DNA of 64,000 nucleotides, taken from an uncultured Alphaproteobacteria bacterium (GTDB taxonomy: Bacteria > Pseudomonadota > Alphaproteobacteria > Rs-D84). The notes beneath the pieces were generated by a model. The model ran no database searches. It was not told the DNA's origin and saw nothing but the letters and a program-made list of their open reading frames with translations. The stretch spans positions 7,193 through 71,192 of the forward strand of contig CALARG010000004.1 in assembly GCA_937888635.1 (NCBI GenBank), written 5' to 3'. The translations under genes were made by a program, and so were the position numbers. Positions 57,177 through 64,000 of the stretch are shown in pieces (positions within the stretch are counted from its first letter, which is position 1; the number at the start of each line of letters is the position of its first letter).

Positions 57177-57311
57177 AAAATCCCCCGGATAATCTTTGCA
57201 CAAATTTTATCCCAGCAAACAATGCAAAACAAGGGAAAATATTCCCTTTACATTCAAGGGAATGTATCATAAGATTGCGACATAGATTTATGTGGTTCAA
57301 GGGGTGTATTA

Positions 57312-58391
57312 ATGCCAAAAATTTCAGTTGTTTTACCATGCTTTAATGTCGGTCGTTATATTGGTCGTTGCCTGGATTCGCTGTTGAATCAAACCCTGCG
57401 TGATATAGAGATTATATGTGTTGATGATAAATCTGGCGATAATACGGTGGAGGTTATAAAGCAATATGTGGCAAAGGATGCGCGCGTACGACTGATTGAG
57501 CAGAAGAAGAACGGTGGCGTATCAATTGCACGCAATACAGGTATTGATGCAGCAAATGGTGAATATATTGGGTTTGTTGACCCTGATGACTGGGTTGATG
57601 CAGATTACTATGAAAAACTGTACAACAAAATTGTTGCAGAAAACGCAGATGTTTGCGCCGGCAACACCAAAGAACATTATACAAACGGCAAGATTAAGGT
57701 CAGAAACGATATAATAAATAATATCATTCGTGCAAAATGCCATTTCTGTTATACAGTATGGTGCGCGATTTATAAGACATCTTTTATTCGTGAAAATAAA
57801 ATATACTGTCCGGTCGGTATTACAAATGGCGAAGACACCGTGTTTTGCATACAATGCGCACTGACGGCAGACAAGGTTGTTGGCGTTAAAAATGCCTATT
57901 ACCATTATATTCGTTATGAAAATTCTGCAGAAGGCAAATACTATCATGAACGGCATATTAATTCGCGTATTCAGGTGGCAAATATGGTTGTTGATATGAT
58001 TAATAAACAAGAAAACATTTCGCCATCTGATTATGTTTCTTATTTTAGCAAAGTCTTTCGTCAGGTTTGTTGGGATGTGTTTGAAAAGACCACGCGTCGC
58101 GATTTGCTGATGCGTTCGCTGGAATGTGCGATGAAATTATATCATGTGAACAAACACAAATCATATATAGACAAAACATATATTGCGCCGTATTTGCGTT
58201 GCGATGATATTGATGGCCTGTATGAAATACAAAAGAAAATGTACACGCGCCCCAGCAAGGTGTTTATAAAACTGTTTAACAAAATACATATTGTCAGAAT
58301 CAGATATTATGACAACAGTATAAAGATATCAGTATTCGGTATACCAATGATTTATATAAGAAATATAAAACAAGGAATTTATAATGTCTGA
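57312..58391 (+). CDS. Family-2 glycosyltransferase
   Basis: ISVVLPCFNVGRYIGRCLDSLLNQT...IICVDDKSGDNT...ARNTGIDAANGEYIGFVDPDD (GT-A DxD fold). Confidence 0.9.
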   Translation: MPKISVVLPCFNVGRYIGRCLDSLLNQTLRDIEIICVDDKSGDNTVEVIKQYVAKDARVRLIEQKKNGGVSIARNTGIDAANGEYIGFVDPDDWVDADYYEKLYNKIVAENADVCAGNTKEHYTNGKIKVRNDIINNIIRAKCHFCYTVWCAIYKTSFIRENKIYCPVGITNGEDTVFCIQCALTADKVVGVKNAYYHYIRYENSAEGKYYHERHINSRIQVANMVVDMINKQENISPSDYVSYFSKVFRQVCWDVFEKTTRRDLLMRSLECAMKLYHVNKHKSYIDKTYIAPYLRCDDIDGLYEIQKKMYTRPSKVFIKLFNKIHIVRIRYYDNSIKISVFGIPMIYIRNIKQGIYNV

Positions 58392-60435
58392 TATAAAAAT
58401 ATCAATTGTTGTACCATGTTATAATGTTGAAAAATATTTGTCCAGATGCATGAACAGTCTGGTTGGTCAGACAATACAAGACATTGAGATAATCTGCATT
58501 GATGACAAATCAACCGACGGAACATTAGACATTCTGCACGATTTTGCCAAACGCGATTCCCGTATATCTGTTATCAGTTTTCCTGAAAACCGTGGTGTGG
58601 CGGTGGCACGCAACATCGGATTGCAAAGGGCGCGTGGGCAATATGTTGGTTTTATTGATCCAGACGATTATATAGATACTGATTTTTATGAAAAGTTATA
58701 TAATAAAATAGAAAACACAAAGGCAGACCTGGTCAAGGCGGCGGTTTATGTCACAAATGCAAAGACAAATGAACGCAGTCTTAGTGATTTGAACGACAGA
58801 ATGCGCGACAATCACAAACATTTCACATGGCAATTTTGGTCGGCATTGTATAAACACGAATTTTTAACAAAGCACCAGATTGAATTTCCTGCGGGCGTTA
58901 TCACAGGACAGGATTCTGTATTTTTAACACATGTGACACTGAAAACAGATAATATTCAATTTGTTGACGATACTTTCTATCACTATTTTATGTTTAATAC
59001 GGGTTCTCTGGATTCAGAATATTTGCCAAAACACAAATCACAATCCAAACTGGATATGTTTAACCGTAAGATTCAACTGATTTTGGACGAAAATTTATCG
59101 CATGATAGATATATAGACTTTATAAAAATTCAGATTATACCAACCCTGTATTACGAGTTAAACAAATCTTTTGAATCCCAAACAGATAAAAGAAAAATCT
59201 TTGATATATTAGTCGGGCTGAACAACCAATGTGAATTTAGCGAATGTATTTTACGCACCTTTGGCAAGAAATTGTATAGATATATAGCCAAAGGCAAATT
59301 ATTCCCTGATGCCAAACGGAAAATAATATGGAAGAAACGATTCCCGGATGGGCGGCGACATGTTTATTTCTTGGGGATAAAGATTCTATCATACAACAAG
59401 CATCACCGTCGCCAACCTATTCCGGCCCTGCGGAAATGTAAGTATGTTCATATTATGTATAATGATAAATTTATTGCGCCATTTGTTGATTTTATGAACC
59501 GTAACTTTAACCCGGACGAGCATTTGTTTTTGTGTATGCATATATACACGCAGTTTCCATTCCCAAATGGAAAGAATGTGGTCAAAATACGTCATTTATC
59601 TGGGATTGATTTATCACATAAAAATATTAAACAGGTTATCTGTCATTCGTTGTTTGTCCCTGGCATCGTAGAGTATCTGTATAAACACCAGGACGTGTTA
59701 CAGACCAAGGCATACTGGTGCATGTGGGGTGGTGATTTGTATAACGCGCCACGTGATGCTGTAAATGACTTTGTTCGCAAAAACTTCTATGCATACATTG
59801 GGTTAATAGATCGCGAGTATGCACTGAATAAATATGGTATGCGTGATAATTTCCATGGGGCCTGCTATATCTTCCCAACATTGTTTGGAAATGATGATGT
59901 TAACGTGACCAAGCAATCAAACCCAATTCGGATTCAGGTAAATAATTCAGCAGATGATTCAACATTGGAAATGTTGGATGTGTTGTCTAAATTCCGTGAT
60001 CAAGACATAGAAATTTATACTGTCTTGTCATATGGCAAAATGGAATATCGCGACCAAATCATTGCCCGTGGAACGGAATTGTTTGGTGATAAATTTAATT
60101 ATCTGGGCGATTATTTGGCCCCTGATGAATACAAAGAATTTGTAAAGAAAAATCATATTTTGATTTTAAATCAGAATCGCCAGCAAGGCGTTGGCAACAC
60201 AATTTTGAATATTCAGTATGGCAACAAAGTCTTTATCCGTGGCGATGTCAGCACATATAAATACCTGAACGATGTTGACGGTGTAAAGATTTTTGACAGC
60301 CGAAGGATTGGCAACATGACCTTTGATGAATTTATCCGCAATGACTATGTTGCCCAAAACCGCAAAAACATCCGCAATCATACAGATGAATCTGTTATTG
60401 CACAACGTTGGAGGAATATTTTCAATGCCAAATAA
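58384..60435 (+). CDS. Bifunctional glycosyltransferase: N-terminal GT2 domain fused to a C-terminal WecF-like (TDP-Fuc4NAc / 4-alpha-L-fucosyltransferase family) domain
   Basis: The N-terminus has ISIVVPCYNVEKYLSRCMNSL...ICIDDKSTDGT...FIDPDD. In the C-terminus, WCMWGGDLY and the segment around IQVNNSADDS align by eye with WecF WHIWGADLY and ILVGNSGDRS. Confidence 0.75.
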   Translation: MSDIKISIVVPCYNVEKYLSRCMNSLVGQTIQDIEIICIDDKSTDGTLDILHDFAKRDSRISVISFPENRGVAVARNIGLQRARGQYVGFIDPDDYIDTDFYEKLYNKIENTKADLVKAAVYVTNAKTNERSLSDLNDRMRDNHKHFTWQFWSALYKHEFLTKHQIEFPAGVITGQDSVFLTHVTLKTDNIQFVDDTFYHYFMFNTGSLDSEYLPKHKSQSKLDMFNRKIQLILDENLSHDRYIDFIKIQIIPTLYYELNKSFESQTDKRKIFDILVGLNNQCEFSECILRTFGKKLYRYIAKGKLFPDAKRKIIWKKRFPDGRRHVYFLGIKILSYNKHHRRQPIPALRKCKYVHIMYNDKFIAPFVDFMNRNFNPDEHLFLCMHIYTQFPFPNGKNVVKIRHLSGIDLSHKNIKQVICHSLFVPGIVEYLYKHQDVLQTKAYWCMWGGDLYNAPRDAVNDFVRKNFYAYIGLIDREYALNKYGMRDNFHGACYIFPTLFGNDDVNVTKQSNPIRIQVNNSADDSTLEMLDVLSKFRDQDIEIYTVLSYGKMEYRDQIIARGTELFGDKFNYLGDYLAPDEYKEFVKKNHILILNQNRQQGVGNTILNIQYGNKVFIRGDVSTYKYLNDVDGVKIFDSRRIGNMTFDEFIRNDYVAQNRKNIRNHTDESVIAQRWRNIFNAK

Positions 60436-61126
60436 AAAGGTTGCAATTTTACAGTCTAACTATATCCCGTGGAAAGGATACTTTGATATAATTGCATCTG
60501 TTGATGAATTTATATTCTATGATGAAATGCAATATACCAAGAACGATTGGCGCAATCGTAATAAAATCAAGACACCTGATGGCGCCAAATGGTTGTCTAT
60601 CCCTGTATCTACGCGGGGACACCTGACTAACAATGTCCGAATAATGGATGCGCGCATCAGTGATAAAAAATGGGCGATTGCACACTGGAATACTATAAAG
60701 CAGTTCTATAAAAATGCGCCGTATTTCAATATGTATCGTGATATTTTTGAATCTTTGTACACAGAATGCGCGAATGAAGAATTTTTATGTAATGTAAATT
60801 ACAAGTTTATTAATGCAATAAACAAAATTCTGGGGATAACTACCAAAATATCGTTCAGCCAAGATTATGGCCTGATAGACGGTAAAACAGAGCGTTTGGT
60901 TGATTTAGTACGTAAGGCGGGTGGCACAGAATACCTATCGGGACCTGCGGCACGTGATTATATCCAAGACGAACTGTTTGATGCCGCGGGTATAAAATTG
61001 TCGTGGATGGATTATTCGGGCTATCCAGAATACCCCCAGTTATATCCACCATTTGAACATGGTGTGTCTGTGCTGGATTTGATATTTAACTGTGGTCCCA
61101 ATGCCAGAAAGTTTATGAAGAATTAA
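60425..61126 (+). CDS. WbqC-family protein (O-antigen/amino-sugar modification)
   Basis: Start at ATG 60425 (MPNKKVAILQSNYIPWKGYFDIIASVDEFIFYDEMQY...), which overlaps the stop of the upstream gene. This is a WbqC-like N-terminal signature. Confidence 0.8.
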   Translation: MPNKKVAILQSNYIPWKGYFDIIASVDEFIFYDEMQYTKNDWRNRNKIKTPDGAKWLSIPVSTRGHLTNNVRIMDARISDKKWAIAHWNTIKQFYKNAPYFNMYRDIFESLYTECANEEFLCNVNYKFINAINKILGITTKISFSQDYGLIDGKTERLVDLVRKAGGTEYLSGPAARDYIQDELFDAAGIKLSWMDYSGYPEYPQLYPPFEHGVSVLDLIFNCGPNARKFMKN

Positions 61127-61138
61127 AAAGGGGGAACA

Positions 61139-61813
61139 ATGCGTAAAAAACTAGTAGTTTTTGGCAATACTAATTATGCAGAAATGGTATGTGATTATTT
61201 TACAGATTATAGCGATTATGATGTTGTTGCTTTTACTGTGGATTCTGCATATGTTTCATCAGACCAATTTTATGGGCGGCCCCTAGTGGATTTTACAGAT
61301 ATAGAAAAGGTATATAGTCCAAATGATTATGATATGTTTGTTGCTGTTGGTTCAGCACAATTAAACCACCTAAGGGAACGTATTTGTAATCAAGCCAAAG
61401 CAAAGGGGTATCACTTGGCGACATTTGTTCATCCCAATGCGTATGTTGCGCGTGATGTATCAATTGGTGAAAACTGTATCCTTATGGAATGCAGTCGTGT
61501 GCTGACCAGAACGAAAATATGCGATAATGTGATAATATGGCCTACGGGTTTTGTATCTCATAATTGTATTGTTGGTAATAATTGCTACATTGTAGGTTCT
61601 GTGAACGGATTTGTTGATGTCGGCGATAATTGTTTTTTAGGTGCTGGGGCAATGATTGCAGATGGTGTGCATATTGCTAAAGACAATTTTATTGCGATGG
61701 GGGCTGTGGTTCGCAAGGATACAGAGCAGGATTCTTTGTATGATGGGTATCCCGCTACAAAGCATCCAAGAATAACGGCATCAATGTTCGCAAAACTAAA
61801 TAAAAAATACTAG
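61139..61813 (+). CDS. Sugar N/O-acetyl(acyl)transferase, NeuD/PglD/WbbJ-like hexapeptide-repeat family
   Basis: N-terminal Rossmann-like KKLVVFGNTNYAEMV followed by left-handed beta-helix hexapeptide repeats (IGENCIL, IGDNCFLGAGAMI). Confidence 0.8.
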   Translation: MRKKLVVFGNTNYAEMVCDYFTDYSDYDVVAFTVDSAYVSSDQFYGRPLVDFTDIEKVYSPNDYDMFVAVGSAQLNHLRERICNQAKAKGYHLATFVHPNAYVARDVSIGENCILMECSRVLTRTKICDNVIIWPTGFVSHNCIVGNNCYIVGSVNGFVDVGDNCFLGAGAMIADGVHIAKDNFIAMGAVVRKDTEQDSLYDGYPATKHPRITASMFAKLNKKY

Positions 61814-61821
61814 GAGATATA

Positions 61822-62889
61822 ATGGCAAAACTATCATTTAATCATGCAAAAATAACATGTGTTTGTACCGTTGTACCTCAACAGCGCATCTATTTGGATG
61901 ACGAGGTCTGTTACTATGATGACGCAACAAAGTTACAGCGATTGAAGATAGTTGTTGGATTAAATTCGCGTACTGTGGCACCTTGTGATGTTACGCCATC
62001 TGATTTAATGTATGACGCGGCGCGTCGGCTGATAACAGACATGGGGATAGATTCATCCAGTATTGATGCATTGGTTTGTGTATTGGATAATCCAGACTAC
62101 AAGTGTCCACCTACCGCATGCATATTACAGGGGCGATTGGGTTTGTCTGAACATTGTATGTCGTTTGACATAACCCATGGTTGCGCTGGTTATGTATACG
62201 GGCTAAGTGTTGCCAGTTCTTTGATTGAAAGTGGTCTGAAACGTGTCTTGCTGCTGGTTGGCGATACCAAGACACATACAATTAATATAAAAGACCGTGT
62301 TTCTGCACCCATTTTTGGCGATGGTGCCGCCGCAACATTGGTTGAATTTTCAGAAAAGCCAACGCCGTCGTGGTTTGTATTGGGGACAGTTGGAAAATCT
62401 TTTGAAAATATCATGATACCTGCTGGTGGGGCGCGTATTCCGTATTCATCTGATACCGCCCAAGAAACCACAGATGAATTTGGTAATGTGCGCAGTTTAA
62501 ATCAATTTCGTATGAATGGCAGAAATGTATTTGATTTTACCATGACCTATGTACCACAAAACATCAAATCAGTAATGGATTTTGCAGGCAAAAATACGGA
62601 TGAAATTGACTTTTTTATTCTGCACCAGGCAAACAAGAGCATAATAAAAAATATCACCAGTCGCGCTGGCGTTACCGACCCCGAAAAGGTTCCGACCCGT
62701 GCACTGTCAGAATATGGAAATTTGGCAGTTGCATCTATCCCCAGTGCAATATCAAATGAATTGTTTGGCCAGATTGAAAATAAAACTATATTACTGTCTG
62801 GGTTTGGTGTTGGGTTATCTTATGGTTCGGCAATCATTCATACAGACAGCATATTTGCCCCAGAAACATTTATTTACCAAGGAGAATAA
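61822..62889 (+). CDS. 3-oxoacyl-ACP synthase III (FabH-like KAS III) within the polysaccharide cluster
   Basis: Thiolase-fold catalytic triad context: an active-site Cys in ITHGCAGYVYGL, a His in FFILHQAN and an Asn in EYGNLAVASIP; 355 aa. Confidence 0.8.
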   Translation: MAKLSFNHAKITCVCTVVPQQRIYLDDEVCYYDDATKLQRLKIVVGLNSRTVAPCDVTPSDLMYDAARRLITDMGIDSSSIDALVCVLDNPDYKCPPTACILQGRLGLSEHCMSFDITHGCAGYVYGLSVASSLIESGLKRVLLLVGDTKTHTINIKDRVSAPIFGDGAAATLVEFSEKPTPSWFVLGTVGKSFENIMIPAGGARIPYSSDTAQETTDEFGNVRSLNQFRMNGRNVFDFTMTYVPQNIKSVMDFAGKNTDEIDFFILHQANKSIIKNITSRAGVTDPEKVPTRALSEYGNLAVASIPSAISNELFGQIENKTILLSGFGVGLSYGSAIIHTDSIFAPETFIYQGE

Positions 62890-62891
62890 AA

Positions 62892-63116
62892 ATGACCGTA
62901 CAAGATTTTTTAACCGAATTAAAAACTGCTATTAATTGTGACCAAGACCTATCGCCTGAAACAGTCTTGTCAAATATTCCCCAATGGGACTCACTGGCGG
63001 TAATTTGTGTAATAACATTGTTCGAAGAAAAATTACAAAAACACATTTCTTTTGAGCAGTTACAAGATGTTACAACTGTTCAATCTTTGATAGATTTGGC
63101 CGGAAATTTACAATAA
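62892..63116 (+). CDS. Acyl carrier protein
   Basis: 74 aa with the phosphopantetheine-attachment motif QWDSLAVICV (DSL). Confidence 0.8.
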   Translation: MTVQDFLTELKTAINCDQDLSPETVLSNIPQWDSLAVICVITLFEEKLQKHISFEQLQDVTTVQSLIDLAGNLQ

Positions 63117-63141
63117 ACATATATAAAATTCAGGAAAACAT

Positions 63142-64000
63142 ATGTCGGGAATATTTGGCTTTTTCAGAAACACATCGCAATCCAAGATTGATTCAATGTT
63201 GGGGTTACTAAATCAGTATCCAAACAATCGTGTATTGCATCATTTCTGTGATGACAATGTTTGTATTGCTAATATTGGTTTGTCGCACCACAAAGATTGT
63301 AAATATTCTGATAAAGATATAGAGTTGTCTATTGCAGGCAATTGTTACAATTTGTGTGATTTTTCCGCTGACACTTTTGCAGATTTAATTGTTTCGTCAT
63401 ATCGTGACGGCAATCTGACCGATACATTGGCCCAGGTTGATGGTTGTTTTCATTTTTGCTTATATGACAAAAAGAATCAAAAAGTCATAATTGCTTGTGA
63501 TCGCTTTGGTCTGTATCCGTTGTTTATTTATAGCCAGGATGGAAATTTTGCCTTTGGTGCAGAATCTAAGTCTCTTTTGAAACTGGACTTTGTTAATACT
63601 ACGATTGACCCAGATTCCTTTTCTGTTTTCGAAAAAATGGGCTATCTACTTGGGTCGTCCACTTGGTTTAAGTACATAAAGCGTATCAAACCCGCCACAA
63701 TAATGACATTTGATATGCAAACTCACGAATTAACATCGTGTTATTATTGGACATTTGCCAGTATAAGAAAGTCCGATATATCTTTTGATGATGCGGTTGA
63801 AATTGCCCACAGGCTGTTTTCTGATTCTGTTCGTCGCCAGGTTAATCCATTGATAAAATCTGTTATTCCAATCAGTGCCGGATATGATTCACGATTAATC
63901 TTAGCGGCAGCAAAAGAATTGTACCCAAATTATAATCCATATACGACGACATTTGGTGTAAAGAATTGTTTGGATATAATTACTGCGCGCAAAGTATGCA
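63142..64000 (+). CDS. Asparagine synthetase (AsnB)-family amidotransferase-like protein, running off the window end; Ser replaces the usual Cys2 nucleophile
   Basis: Manual translation from ATG 63142 gives MSGIFGFF...ACDRFGLYPLFIY...PISAGYDSRLI, matching the AsnB glutaminase-domain and PP-loop (SGGxDS-like) regions. The N-terminal residue 2 is Ser rather than Cys. The ORF is open to position 64000. Confidence 0.7.
   Translation, partial: MSGIFGFFRNTSQSKIDSMLGLLNQYPNNRVLHHFCDDNVCIANIGLSHHKDCKYSDKDIELSIAGNCYNLCDFSADTFADLIVSSYRDGNLTDTLAQVDGCFHFCLYDKKNQKVIIACDRFGLYPLFIYSQDGNFAFGAESKSLLKLDFVNTTIDPDSFSVFEKMGYLLGSSTWFKYIKRIKPATIMTFDMQTHELTSCYYWTFASIRKSDISFDDAVEIAHRLFSDSVRRQVNPLIKSVIPISAGYDSRLILAAAKELYPNYNPYTTTFGVKNCLDIITARKVC

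Noticed and set aside
1-64000. Mobile elements, integrons, CRISPR arrays or prophage
   Set aside because: No transposase, integrase or recombinase-like ORFs were seen, and there are no direct-repeat/spacer arrays. The only repeats are the palindromic intergenic modules and the intragenic protein repeats described above.

Overview
Reading note: all calls below come from reading the six-frame translations and the raw sequence by eye; no alignment or database search was run.

This 64-kb window looks like chromosomal DNA from an alphaproteobacterium. That guess rests on the ruvB–ybgC–tolQRA gene order, the alphaproteobacterial-style S4, SmpB and LemA, and TsaD. GC content is moderate with A/T-rich third codon positions, and the scrambled, repeat-punctuated gene order suggests an intracellular or symbiont lineage.

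Clearly recognisable housekeeping genes are ruvB, an RlpA-like lipoprotein, ybgC, tolQ, tolR, tolA, secA, dnaE, rsmH, gpmI, dnaK, tsaD, xseA, recN, a split AddA-like helicase-nuclease, smpB, a cold-shock protein, lemA, a PHP phosphatase and rpsD. A polysaccharide (LPS/O-antigen-type) cluster sits at the 3' end.

Between the housekeeping genes is a set of accessory features:
- Two paralogous giant secreted Cys-rich repeat proteins of 2375 aa and about 3000 aa. They carry ephrin-receptor-like CxxCPxGxYC repeats, discoidin-like domains, Listeria–Bacteroides (Flg_new-type) repeats and Gly/Tyr/Trp-rich repeats. The two genes share about 1 kb of near-identical internal DNA cassettes and homologous 5' and 3' flanks.
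- A modular family of palindromic intergenic repeats at three loci, flanking the giant gene, gpmI, an XRE regulator and dnaK. One hairpin module shows compensatory stem changes between copies.
- A minus-strand two-gene module: a Pol-beta-superfamily nucleotidyltransferase of the AbiEii/DUF1814 type, translationally coupled to a metallophosphoesterase, with no AbiEi-type antitoxin. This is a candidate novel toxin/enzymatic-antitoxin or defence pair.
- Several Cys-rich secreted proteins of unknown function and a candidate small-RNA locus.

No rRNA, tRNA, CRISPR array, transposase or integrase was seen.
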